From Chiloscyllium plagiosum (lineage: Eukaryota): a DNA stretch of 59,695 nucleotides. This document shows, piece by piece, positions 1 through 12,279 of this stretch; within the stretch, counting starts at the first letter, position 1; each line of letters starts with the position of its first letter. The position numbers and the translations under genes are program-made. The stretch lies in NCBI RefSeq assembly GCF_004010195.1, contig NC_057718.1, positions 105,811,461 to 105,871,155 of the forward strand, given 5' to 3'. Under the pieces are notes generated by a model that saw only the letters and a list, made by a program, of their open reading frames with translations, was not told the origin of the DNA and did not search any database.

Positions 1-260
1 TCTAAACCCTGGAACATCCAGCAACCATTCCTGCCCCTGAGAAACCCATGTCTCTGTTATGGCCACAACATTATAGCACCAGGTACTGATCCATGCTCTA
101 AGTTCATCACTTTTATTCCTGATACTCCTTGCGTTAAAGCAAACACACTTTAACTGATCCCTTGGTTCCTTCCCAGGAAAATCCTTCCCACTAGCTGGTC
201 TACCTCTTGCTATTGCCTCATCTGCATCAACTCACCTCCGATATACAGCTCAGGTTCCCA
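1..260 (-). mobile_element. CR1 LINE fragment, start of ORF2 APE endonuclease
   Basis: 1-150 minus strand translates KCVCFNARSIRNKSDELRAWISTWCYNVVAITETWVSQGQEWLLDVPGFR (NARS and ITETW motifs). Confidence 0.9.
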
Positions 261-390
261 CCCTGCTGGAAGGGCAGTGTCGAGGGTTTTGGACAGAGGG
301 ATTAGGTTTAATGCCTGAAAGTGACGACAATGCGATCAGTGCAGCTTCTTCTGTACTGCCCCAGAGAAATCCGCCATGACTTTGTGCTCA

Positions 391-665
391 TCCCGGGTTC
401 GATTCCTGCCTTGGGCAACTGTCTGTGTGGAGTTTGCACATTCTCCCCATGTCTGCATGGGCTTCCTCCCACAATCCAAAATGTGCAGGTCAGGTGAATT
501 GGCCATGCTAAATTGTCCACAGTGCACAGGGATGTGTAGGTTAGGGGCATTAGTCAGGGGAAATGTAGAGTAATAGGGTAGGGAAATGGATCTGGGTGGG
601 ATACTCTTCAGAGGTTCAGTGTGGTCTTGTTGGACCAAATGGCCTGTTTCCACACTGTAAGAATT
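391..665 (+). mobile_element. HE1-type V-SINE, 5'-truncated
   Basis: B-box ggttcgattcc, V-domain tgtgtggagtttgcacattctcccc...cctcccacaatccaaa, CR1-like 3' tail ggcctgtttccacactgta. Confidence 0.88.
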
Positions 666-1649
666 GTATGATTGCATTGTATGACTCTCATAGTTTCATT
701 AATAAGTACATGAAATATCAGACATTCAGAAGAACCTTGAAAATTGAAGCATTAGTTTATCACTCAATTTTAGTTTAGTGGCTGCATCATTTGAACTCAC
801 CTTAATAGCGACTGGTTAGATAGTAATTAAAATCTTCATAAGGTGTTTTTTAAAAAATACAATATTTCCACTTCAAATACCAGTTCAAATTAAGGCAGAA
901 TGTAACATATCTCTTTGCAAGATTAAAAGAACGTATATTCACGCTGCCAGTTCAGACTAAATAGAAATTTAAATGTTCCAGCCCAGCAGACTATCCCACT
1001 AGCCCTATTCTTCAATAACCATCAAGGTCACAAAGCTAGCGGAAAGAGTGGGCTGCATACATCAACTCTAGCAATTGCACAGACAAAAAGATCACAGTTC
1101 TCAATGTGTCTAATTTATTTAATACTAACACCTGGAGAATTTTAATTTGTAGATGTTGCCAAGATAGTAGCCTATTGCAATCTACATTTTAATAAAATTA
1201 GAACATAACACTGGATTCAGATGAATAACTTTACTCAGTATCCTGAAAATTTAATACAATTTGCATACAGTGGTCAAAGATCGTCTTCAATATTGTGTAC
1301 TTAGAAGAAGCTGAAGACAAGTTTTACTCAGCAACACAAAACATTTTGTAGCAAATATTTAATATGTTAATAAAATCAAGTCATGCATATAAGTCAGCTT
1401 TATCAAATTGATTATCAATTGACTATTTCAGCTTTTCCCATCATTTATAGTGCTTAAATTGCAGTGTTTCACGAATAAATTAACTACCCCAAACTTTGAA
1501 ACCCACTCTATGAAACTCTTTCAAGTCACAAGGTCATTTTAAACTCGACATTACAGTGGCTTTTGGTATCAGTCCAAAACATGGAGTTTTTTTAACACTC
1601 ACTGGTCATGCTTAATGCCTGTTTACTCAAATCGCATCTCTGCCTTATT

Positions 1650-1960
1650 TCTGAAGTTATTTGTATTGTTAAGCAGGGATATACAGGATTTAGGGAGGTC
1701 AAATGCAAGAGGAAAGTATACATTGACGTACAGAGGGATGTTGGGGTGCAAGTCCACAGCTCCCTAAAAGTGGCAACACAAGTGGATAAGGTGATAAAGA
1801 AAGCAATGCTTACTTTCATCAATCATGATCCTTTAACAATTGGGAATAATTTCTCTCAATTTGTTCTGTCCAGGTCCGTGACGTTGAGCACCTCTGTCAA
1901 ATCTCGTTCACAGCCTTCTCTTTTCTAAGGGACAGTGTCCCAAAAAATACCAACTGTCTG
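1650..1960. mobile_element. Two old CR1 fragments (plus 1650-1825, minus ~1826-1960)
   Basis: ORF 1608..1928 contains QRDVGVQVHSSLKVATQVDKVIKKA; the second piece is more degraded. Confidence 0.7.
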
Positions 1961-2399
1961 CAAAGTAGCATAGTTGATCCCATTCAGCTGGCTTCTTCAG
2001 TGGGTTCAGAAGCAGCAAGAAGATGGGTTGGGGAGTGCGAAAGTGCTGCACATCAGAGAGTAGGGAAGGGAAAGGATCAGCAGTGACCAAGTGGGTCACA
2101 GAGCAGTAGGTTGAGAAAACAAGACCCACGACAAAGAAGGCACTAAAAGTAGAAAGGCACATTTTTCTTTTATATGTCTAAATTTAGATTATTTTGAAAG
2201 TTATTTCATTTAACTATGTAAGAATTAAGGAATGTGAAGTATTTCTTACAGGATGCAACATTTGAATGATTTTTCTTCTGATTAGGAGGATCCTTCAGAA
2301 CCTAACTACAGCTTTTACATTGCTTTTAATGGGAAATGTGATTTGTTTAAAGTTGGTTTCACATTAAAGTCACGATTTGTATGCGTGTAACCACAACTT

Positions 2400-2655
2400 T
2401 CAAAAGGATTGTCTGTGTCTGTTTTAAGCGACGTTAATTGAGGTACACATTTATCAGAATACCACTGTAATTCCACTTTACTTCAAAACAGCACCATCCA
2501 AGAGAGCAGATGAGGGCCTCAGACAACTGACAGATTACGCAGCACCTTTACTCTTGTATACTACAGCAGGAAATTAATCCTCTGTACTCAAGTTTTCTGT
2601 AGTGGAGTTTGAACCTACAGCAACTCAGCTCAGATACAGAAGAATGCTGAGCAAT
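2400..2655 (-). mobile_element. Degraded Deu-domain SINE (SacSINE1/AmnSINE-like)
   Basis: Resembles 11860-12200 and the reverse of a tRNA-like head (agtggagtttgaacctacagc). Confidence 0.55.
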
Positions 2656-2973
2656 ACCTGGTCCTGCTGCTTTCCCTTCCTGAATCTGTATTTCTGTACA
2701 AGATCCAGTTCCACTTCCAAGCTGGAGCTCCAAGGTTGTGAAAGTACAGATCCAAATGATGCAGCAGTGCCAAGCAGAGACTATCTTTAAATTACTTCAG
2801 GGAGATTGGGTGGAACTTTAACCAGGCCATTTGAAAGATCTCCAAGTACAGTGCTGGTAATCAGGTAGATAGCAATTTTATTTGTGTCAATGTGCTAAAG
2901 GAGGTAAAAGTTGACAACGTTCTTTTAACTAGTACTAATGAGTACTAATATCTCAAGATTTACCATTATGATT

Positions 2974-3077
2974 CTAAATGGACTCTGCTATCTCTCCACA
3001 GATGCTGCTAGACCTGCTGAGCTTCTCTAGCAATTTCTATTTTTCAGATTTCCGAAATCCCTAGTTCTTTGTTTCAT
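2974..3077 (+). mobile_element. PLE terminal remnant (family C) with 15-bp TSD
   Basis: tctctccacagatgctgctagacctgctgagc, shared with 27410-27505 and 40708-40800; flanks tttaccattatgatt (2959-2973) / tttaccattaagatt (3078-3092). Confidence 0.7.
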
Positions 3078-3294
3078 TTTACCATTAAGATTGTGGATTC
3101 AAGTATGAAGAGAAAATACTTGAACTCTGTTGATAATCCTAAATAATTAAAGCTGCAAACTGGAAGTGACCATCTTACCTAATTTACAAACTACAAAAAG
3201 AACAAGACTCGATTTAACACTATGTTAGGAGCAAAGAATCTTTTAGCTTGTCAAAGCAAAGCAAAAGCAAAACTAATGCAGTTATGGCACAGTC

Positions 3295-4278
3295 TCAGAG
3301 TCATGATGTCATACAGCACAGAAATAGGCTCTTCAGCCCTACCCCTCCATAGTGACCAGGTGTCCTAAAGTGAAATAATCCCATTTGCCTGCACTAGGCC
3401 CATATCCCCATAAACCTTTCCTATGCATGTACTTGTCCAAATATCTTTTAAATATTATAATTGTGCCCTCCTCTACCACTTCCTCTGGCAGTTCATTCCA
3501 TATATATGCACCACCCTCAGAGAAAAAGTTGTGCCTCAGGTCCCTTTCCTTCTCACCTTAAACCTATGTTGTCTAGTTTTGGACACCCCTACCCTGGGGA
3601 AAAGACCTTGGTTATTCACCTTATCTATGTCCCTCATGACTTTATAAACCTCTGTAAGGTTACCCATCAGCCCTCTAAGATCCAGGGAAAATAGTCCCAA
3701 CCTATCCAGCCTCTTCTTATCACTCAAACGGTCCAGTCTCTGTAACATCCTTGTATATCTTTGTGCACCTTTCCAGATTAAAAACATGCTTCCAAAGCAG
3801 GGTGACCAGAATTGTATGCAGTACTTCAAATATGGCCTTACCAATGTTATGAACAACTGTAACATGACATCCCAACTGCTGTACTCAATGTTGTGATTGA
3901 TGAAGGCAAGAACGCCAAATGCCTTTTTCCACTATCAAGTCTCTCTGTCATAGAATTTTCAAGGAACTATGTACGTGTATCTCTAGGTCTCTCTTTTCGA
4001 CGACACTCCCCAGGGCCCTACCATTAACTGTGCAAGTCCTGCCTTGGATGTCTTACCAAAATACAACACCTCGCATTTATCTGAATTAAACTCTTATCTG
4101 CCATTCCTCAGCCCACTGGCCCAATTAATCATGATTGTGTTGTACTCTTAGATAACTTTCTTCACTGTCCACGACACCACCAATTGTGGTGTCATCCACA
4201 AACTTACTAACCATGCCTCCTATATTCTCAGCTAATTATTTATATAAATGATTAACAAAAGTGGACCCAGCACTGGCC
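3295..4278 (-). mobile_element. CR1 LINE 3' ~1 kb (RT C-terminus and tail)
   Basis: ORF 3536..3865 TLVRPYLKYCIQFWSP...RLDRLGLFSLD; resumes briefly at ~4800-4835 after a PLE insertion. Confidence 0.92.
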
Positions 4279-4287
4279 ACAGCATGA

Positions 4288-4797
4288 ATGATTTGGAGAT
4301 GCTAGTGTTGGATCCACATGCACACATATAAGTTTGTGAGGTGAATTTGTACTTGCAGAAATACATTTTATTTTGCTCAAAAACTGCATGAATCCATGTA
4401 AGATTCTGTAAATACGTTTTTAGATTAGAATCAGTCTGAACATTGCGGCACAGACAGCCTCACACAGGGAAACTCACGCTTTCAATACATTTTCTGGGCC
4501 GACATTACACCAATTGTTAAAGTTCACTTGAGAATGTAACTTTTAAAAAACGTTTTGCGATTTACATATGAAAGAACTGAAATTGACATGATCATTCTAA
4601 AAGATGAGACACTTAACAAACAATCCAGGTCTTTTTCAATATATAATTTCAGTTACATCACATTGTAAACTTATGCTATAAATTCTGTGTCTTACAATTT
4701 TATTCTCCACAACCACCTGATGGAGCGGTGCTCCGAAAGCTAGTGCTGCCAATTAAACCTGTTGGACTATAACCTGGTGTTGCGTGATTTTTAACTT
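4288..4797 (+). mobile_element. PLE family A 3' region with a short inverted terminal piece, nested in CR1
   Basis: Homologous to 6590-7240 and 23270-24640; ends with a degenerate hammerhead motif (4714-4745) and aaacctgttggactataacctgg. Confidence 0.75.
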
Positions 4798-6244
4798 CAG
4801 TACGAACAACAACTCTCTACCACCACCTCGTGGCTTTACAAGATGTGCAAGGTAGAATTTGGCAAGTGATTATGCTCATTTCTGATATCAGGATGTCATT
4901 CTCCATGTATATTAAAACCACCTGGCTTTGCCAGCAGCAAAGTAAATTCCATGGTTAGGATGGTAAATGAAGAGCATGACATCAGGATGATATCTTTAAG
5001 TGGATACAGACGAGAGTAACACATAATGTCTTGCATCTTGCACAGTACCAGTTGCCCAGCTTTGATGACTACTTCAAGAATTGGTCAGAATTTTACAAAG
5101 AATCTAACATAGTTTCTATATCCCACAGTCTTTAACATGAGCAGTTTATGATGAATACTGTGCAAATCTGAAACTGTATTAACTGTGCACATATCCAAAA
5201 GAATAGCATTGTCAGCATACCTTATAATAACATTGCCCTCATAGAGGCTCACAGGTTCAAATCTAGGTATAGGTAAATTCAATGAAATAAGGTGAGCACT
5301 AACCGATTCCCCTGTACTATATAGGACCGGTAGCTGAGAAATTTGTATTCCAGTTCAATGGAATCAAGTACAAGGCTCACAGACCATAGGATCTTTAATT
5401 TTTCATTACAATGGATTATGTTGCTTGGAATGAAACAAACATTTGCATCCTAAAGATTACAAATCAGAAGAAAATCTGACTGCTGAGCCACGTAAAATGG
5501 CTTTCTCCCTTTCGCTATATAAGTGTACCATGTGTCAGGAAAATAAAAAGACATACGTAAACAACTATTGTGGCTAAACATCTGTCAGTGCATTCAAGCT
5601 CTCAGCACAATATAAAATTGGAAAAATAATTTACAATAAGTTGATAATTAGTGTTCAGGTGCCAGTTTTCATTACCTCGGTTACATAAAAGAACAGGCAG
5701 GAAACCATAATACCATGTGATTTGTGAATGATGTTTATCATCATAAACTATTGACTCATAACCATACTGCAGTAAATTGATTGTCAATTAATTATCCTTA
5801 AAACAGTCTCACCAGGGACACAAAATAATTTCTCATCGATGCAATGATTTCAGAAACAGGCAAACACAAAGCCCAAAGAAGAACAATCTACTTCAGAGAC
5901 ATATTCTCCTACTTGGAGGTGACACAAGATCATTGAGAGTATCAACACCTGACTAGTACCAGCAAAATAAGACAAAGAACTCAAAGCTTCAGGATTATAG
6001 GATATGATCGCTGGCCTTAGCCAAAACTATAACATACTGACACGTATACACAATGAAGAAAGTAGGATAAGAAAATGTGAAACTAATTTCTAATTTTTAG
6101 GCTAAACAACTACTCATAAGCAGAGCCATGACAGAAAATACTGTCAATGCTGAGACGGGTAAGAAGCTTCTCATGGATATCGATTTGGGTCAGGGACATT
6201 TCCACCCAAGTCTGAAAGTTTCAGGTGGGCACATAATCTGGACT

Positions 6245-6570
6245 GTTATCTGAGTGCAATACAGAGTGATCCAGTCAATCCCACTTCCCACTCTGTCTGA
6301 ACAGCGCTGCAAGTTTATTATGTTCTTGTGCTCATCCAATTTCCTTTTGAAATCAATCATGGTTTCAGCTTCCATCCTGGTGAAAAGTGTGTTCCAAATC
6401 ACTTCCATGTGCAAGGATTCTTTCTCATATTCCCCCTGCAACTCATGTCCTCTATTTTAAATCAATGTCCTCTAGTCCTTGTACTAATGGAAAGCTTTCT
6501 CAGCTTCCACTTATAAACACAACGTTCAATACTTCTATCAAATCTCCCTTTCGTTTCCTTTGCTCCAAAA
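6245..6570 (-). mobile_element. Old CR1 3' fragment
   Basis: ORF 6190..6441 WNTL...EAETMIDFKRKLDEH. Confidence 0.75.
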
Positions 6571-6589
6571 TATAACTTCACATTAAAGG

Positions 6590-7240
6590 CAGTCTTGAGG
6601 ACAGGCAACAATGCAAAGTGGCCAAACAGAGGCTGATAGCCTCTGTACCCATGGGACGGCCTCAACCTGGACCTTGGGTTCATGTCACACTACAGGTGAC
6701 CCCACTGCACCACACACTCTCTCACACAGACATTCCTACAGACCCACAGGCCCACACAGATCCTCTCTCATACACTCACACATACACCCCCTCACAGACT
6801 AATACTCCATTACACACTCTCACATACAAATTTGTGTGGTGAATTTGTACTTACAGAATTACATTTTATTTTGCTCAAAAACTCCATAAATCCACATAAA
6901 ATTCTGTAAATCCCATTTTAGAAATAGAATCGGTCTGATCTAACATTGGGACACAGACAGACTTTAACTTCACACCTTCAATGCATTATCTGAGCTGAGA
7001 TGGCACCTATTGGTAAAATCCATCTTGAGAATGTAACTTTAAAAAAGGTCTGGGATTTACACATGGAGGAACCAAAACTAACATGATCATTCTACCGAAA
7101 CTAACACTAAAAGATGATTTGGAGATGCTGGTGTTGAACTGGGCTACAAAGTTAAAAATCATACAACACAAGGTTATAATCCAACAGGTTTATTTGAAAG
7201 CACTAGCTTTCTGAGCGCTGCTCCTTCATCAGGTGGTTGT
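6590..7240 (+). mobile_element. PLE family A: ORF C-terminus, CA-rich UTR, plus an inverted terminal repeat (7113-7240, minus)
   Basis: AKQRLIA...DLGFMSHY-like end; the inverted piece carries a hammerhead motif at 7201-7235. Confidence 0.75.
7201..7235 (-). ncRNA. Minimal hammerhead ribozyme motif (PLE family A)
   Basis: Minus strand CAC-CUGAUGA-A-GGAGC-AGC-GCUCA-GAAAG-CUA-GUG; one stem II mismatch. Confidence 0.55.
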
Positions 7241-9104
7241 CAATTTTCTTTTCAAGAAAACGTTTCATACAATATTTGACTGCATAATTCATAGTCCAAA
7301 CATTTATTAACCACTAAATTAAATAATATGCAGTTTTTATAAAACTGCACAAAATTTGTGTTTGACTCATACCAGTTGCTTCTCATGTTTCCCACACCTA
7401 CAGGAATACAAGAGAAAGTTTTTGTCACTGGCTAATTGTTGAGAGAGTGACTTGTTAAAAAAAGCTTTTAAGCACTGAAATCTGATCTAAAAACAGCAGT
7501 TTGCCACTTGCCAAGTACACTATCTGAAAAGTTGAATGCCAAGATCCTTGATTATTAGACAAAGCTTCACTGATGACTCCATTGTGTTACACAGTGCTGC
7601 TACCAGACAGATTAAAAGGTTCTTAGGCTGTCAAGTTATCTGATCTCAATCACTGGGGAAACAGGACTTTACAATTGGCTTCAGTATCCTGGGCAGCAAA
7701 TGAGAACGTCTTCCAGCTGTTGTTCCCTCCTGCCACTCCAACACTTTGTACACTTAAACATCTGGGAACATTATATGCAAGGCAGACACTTAGTGATGCT
7801 TGACTCCAGAAAAAACAACAAACGCTGACACTTCTAGACCATACAGATACTTCTGGTCCAGCAAACCGGTTAATACCATTTATAATCATAAATCCTAATG
7901 TTGGAAACTCAACGGTCATGGTGCACACAGCATACAAATAATTATAAGAAATCTGACTGATATGTACTTAGTAATGACAAGTAAACTAATTACAATTTGT
8001 AAAAATTAATTTCCATTATAAACACAACATTTAAAAGTATTTAAAGTCTCCCCATCCAATTTAAAACATTGAGTCTTTCTGCTGATAGGAATGTTAGAAT
8101 AATCAAAAGCAGTTGACAGTTTAGAACCTAATTACCTCAAATGTTAGCATGTTTTGGCAGTTCCATAATAAGCAATCACAGCCAATTTTTGTAGGAAGCA
8201 AAGTGACAAATTTTCAAAGCCCAGCTTTCTAGCTATTTTCAAATAATCACCAAATTCTTCTTGCAGCATTTTTATTCAATCTATCATAAGCTCCAGTAAG
8301 CAATATCAGGCTCCAATAGGCATTGTTGAATTGTCTGCCATTGCTAAGATAAAATACAATCTACAGCTCAAATAATTCTATCTAGGGATTAACATGTCTG
8401 AGGTTCAGCCAGAGATTGTGCGCATGGATCTTGCATTTCATCATTTCCCCATGGCATAACAACTTTTTCTTACTGTTTTCCATTTATTCTTCGATGCAGG
8501 CTCAAGAAAGCATAGTCTCACTGCTGCATTCAGTTCATCTCATTGAGCAGCCACCCAATAATCCAGCTGACCTGTTGGTTTTGGTCTTCCAGAGTCACTT
8601 AATTCTGAATCCTGTAATTACACTGTACAATAAATAAATGCTGCCCCCTAGTTGCCAACTGGTAACATAAACCAAAGGTGTTCTAGCCATTTAGAGTTAT
8701 TGAGTCATATGGCAAATAATAATTGAATTTTGTCATGAGATTGGCAGAGCCTGACTTACCTACCTTTATGAAAACAGCCAAACATTTCTCATTCAAAATA
8801 TTGATATCAGTGACAATTGAAAGATGATCCAGGGCTCAATCTGAAAATGATGACTTAACTCAATTCCCACCCCACTCAGGATTTCCCTACTTTACAATCT
8901 TTATTTGAACACTTCTAAAGTACCAGTTCGGGAATCCAGGTTACCTTGTCTTTTTGCCAAACTGTTATCTGGCTTTAGATCTGCTTTCTACAAGTCCATA
9001 ACTGAAAATGCGTGTGGCGTCTATCTTACTGTATTGTGTGTCTGTGTGTCTGCATTTATGTGTTCATTTGTCCACTGGATTTGCATCTTTTAACCACATC
9101 AGTA

Positions 9105-9540
9105 GTATCTAGAACTAGGAGACAGAGTCTAAAATTTAGGCCAGACTGTTCAGGACATGTGATAGGAAGCACTTGCACACACAAAGGGTGTTAGCGATTT
9201 GGAACTATTTTTGAGATTTGTAGCTCAGGTTGATGATAAGTCTGTAAGTTTGCTCGCTGAGCTGGAAGATTTGCTTTCAGATGTTTCATCACCATATTAG
9301 GTAACATCATCAGTGAGCGTCTCTGGTGAAGCGCTGGTGGTATGTCCTGCCTCCCTATCTTCCACAAATGGCAAATGATACTACTTGTTAATTTTAAATC
9401 TAAGATAGATAAACCTTTTGTTAAAGTATTAAAGGATATGAGTTTACGGCAGATATATGGAGTTGAACCACATACCATCCACGATTTCACTGAACGGTGG
9501 AATAGGCCCTAAGCAGCTGTATGGCCTCCTCCTGTTCCTA
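9105..9540 (+). mobile_element. Old CR1 3' end interrupted by a PLE family B remnant (~9200-9350, minus)
   Basis: tctagaactaggagacagagtctaaaa and the tail ggcctcctcctgttccta flank a segment homologous to 34020-34165. Confidence 0.7.
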
Positions 9541-9877
9541 ACTCAAAAAATGATCTGTAAGTCCGTTCATAGGATATCTTCCTGAACTGTTCATGATGAT
9601 TATGTCAAATACCTGTTTAATGCACTTTTTGTTGCACACTGAATTTAAATGATTATTCTGATCTGAACACTGTGAGAGTATACACTGTAAATATAATCTT
9701 ATAGAGTTTCTATTGCCCTAAAACAGAGATTTGTTTTGGTCAGTGTGTACTCCATTTCTTTCATCGCCGGTAAACGTAGGGTACTGTTCCCTTCAGTCTG
9801 CACAGCATCAATAAACCGCATCAGAAACACCAATATAAACCACAAACTCCCCAAGCATATTCAATTTAGAGCTAGGT

Positions 9878-10152
9878 TCCATCCTTAGCTGGCCTGGCCT
9901 TCATGTCACTGAAGACCCACTGCAATGTGGTTGACTCTTAACTGCCCTCTGGGTAATTAGGGATGGCAATAAATAAAAATGCCCACATCCTGTGCATGAA
10001 TAAAATCTGCCAATCTTATATGGCTTGGCCTACATATGACTCTATACCCATAGCATAGCATGTGGATGACTCTTAAGTATCATCTAAAATGGCATAATAA
10101 GTCACGAGGTTGAAGGGTAATTAGAGATGGGTACCAAATGCTGGCTTTGTCT
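9878..10152 (+). mobile_element. Two tandem 3' halves of a SINE with an L2/CR1-clade tail
   Basis: aatgtggttgactcttaactgccctctgggtaattagggatggcaataaat, with a diverged second copy; homologous to 46140-46795 and 50380-50730. The tail resumes at 11090 (acacccacatccc). Confidence 0.65.
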
Positions 10153-11088
10153 GATTGGTGGAGCAGTGGGTGGTGAAAGGTTAGAGGGAGGTAATGGCGC
10201 GTCTGGAGCCAGAGCGGGTTCGGCTTCTTCTACTGCAAAAAATACGGAGAGATGGCATTGAGGGTGAGTTGGGGGTTAGGAATTGGCTGGCTGGAAGAAG
10301 ACAGAGGGTAGTACTTGATGGTAAAGGTTCATCTTGGAGTGCAGTTACTAGCGGTGTTCCGCAAGGATCTGTTTTGGGACCATTGCTGTTTGTCATTTTT
10401 ATAAATGACCTGGAAGAGGGGTTAGAAGGTTGGGTGAGCAAGTTTACGGATGATACGAAAGTCGGAGGAGTTGCTGACAGTGAGGAAGCATGTGGCAGGT
10501 TACAGAAGGATATAGAGAAGCTGCAGAGCTGGGCAGAAAGGTGGCAAATGGAATTCAATGTAGCTAAATGTGAGGTGATTCACTTTGGGAAGAATAACAA
10601 AAAGATGGGGTACTGGGCTAATGGTCGGATACTTGGTAGTGTGGATGAGCAGATGTTGCCTGGTATGGTAGGAAGATCGTATGAGGAAAGGCTGAGGCAC
10701 TTGGGGCTGTTTTCATTGGAGAAAAGAAGGTTTAGGGGTGATTTGATAGAGGTGTACAAGATGATTAGGGGTTTAGATAGGGTTGACCATGAGAACCTTT
10801 TTCCATGTATGGAGTCAGCTATTAGGAGTAGGCATAGCTTTAAATTAAGGGGTGGTAGGTATAGGACAGATGTTAGGGGTAGATTCTTTACTCAGCGAGT
10901 CGTGAGTTCATGGAATACCCTGCCTGTAGCAGTGGTGGACTCTCCCTCTTTATGGGCATTTAAACGGGCATTGGATAGGCATATGGAGGATAGTGGGCTA
11001 GTGTAGGTTAGGTGGGCTTGGATCGGCGCAACATCGAGGGCCAAAGGGCCTGTACTGCGCTGTATTTTTCTATGTTCTATGTTCTATG
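10153..11088 (+). mobile_element. Internally deleted CR1 LINE with a 270-aa open frame and (ttctatg)n tail
   Basis: ORF 10194..11006 [21 protein letters not shown]...KFTDDTK; terminal repeat ttctatgttctatgttctatg. Confidence 0.93.
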
Positions 11089-11738
11089 TAACACCCACAT
11101 CCCATTTAAAGTAAACCAAACTAAAAGGACCAAGGAGTTTCAGAGCATGGGTAAACAAGACCCCAAAAGCCAGTGTGGGTCATTGGAAGCTGTATTTTGA
11201 CATGGGGCCGGAGAAGATAGAAACAGGAGTGAACAACAAGGCAATGCGGAAGACAAGGAAAAGCATTTTAAAGTAATAATTGAGATACACAGAGTCAGTA
11301 ATTCTGTAGGTGCTGATTAGCGTTGACCTACATCAATTTTATGAATGGGCTTTCCTGATTTTCAACTAATAAATGAACTATATCATCCATGTCTTCAGAG
11401 GAGCAGATTTTACAAAGTTAGTGTAGCAGCCCAATGTTTTATTTCACCAAAACAATATCTTCATCTCATAAGAAGATTGTTTACAATCATTTTTCAGTTA
11501 GCTGCAAGAGTTTTTATTTTTCAAGCACATTAACCAGATTTATCTTACTGTAAAAGCTCTGCAATAGCATAATCAAACCACAGTGCGGCAGTAGAAACTT
11601 TGGAAACATTATAAAAGTACATAGTCAAGATGAACCCCCTCCCTCCGTGGTAACAGTTCCTTCCACATTTATACTTCCTTCACTCAAATGAAGGAAATCC
11701 AAAGATAGAAACTACTTTATTAATCTAAATCAAATAGG

Positions 11739-11927
11739 CAGATTGGGCTGAACAGGGCTTAATGAATTCCAAAATATAGAAAAAAAACTTGTCATTCTCA
11801 AAAAAAATCAAGTGTGGCATAAGATTATCATGACAAGAATCTGCACCCATTTAATCAATAAATATAGATTTCTATAGTGCTTTGCTCAACCTCCAGACAA
11901 TCCAAAGTGTTTTACAGCCAATTCTGA
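11739..11927 (+). repeat. Donor copy of a perfect 189-bp direct duplication
   Basis: Identical by eye to 12792-12980. Confidence 0.95.
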
Positions 11928-12200
11928 AGTGTGCTCATTAACACATTGAAAGGAATATGATGGCCAATCTGCACAATGCAAGTTTTCACAAACAGGACCA
12001 GTGTAGCGAACAGACAATCTTCTTTTTGTGATGTTGGTTGCAGGCTAAATATTGATCAGGATATCGGGGATAAATCCCCTGATGTTCTGCAAAATTTATT
12101 GCCATGTTTACGTCTTTGAACACAGAGGCTTGGCCTTAATTTAAGATTTCATTTCAAAGATTCATTAGAGGTTGGCCTAGATTTGTGCTCTGGCCTCTGG
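11860..12200 (-). mobile_element. Deu-domain SINE (SacSINE1/AmnSINE-like)
   Basis: tggccaatctgcacaatgcaagttttcacaaacagg...gtgatgttggttgcaggctaaatattgatcaggatatcggggataaatcccctg resembles the Deu core. Confidence 0.75.
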
Positions 12201-12279
12201 AAAAAACCATAAAACTCATCTTGTCAATGTCGCATATGAATGGGAGTGGTGCCACTGTAACGTTCCCATTTAAAAAAAT

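Noticed and set aside
2548..2733. ORF containing QEGKAA, superficially like EHBP1 REGKAT
   Set aside because: Flanking residues do not match ESPSGRRK...FSLSCIFL, and it overlaps a SINE remnant.
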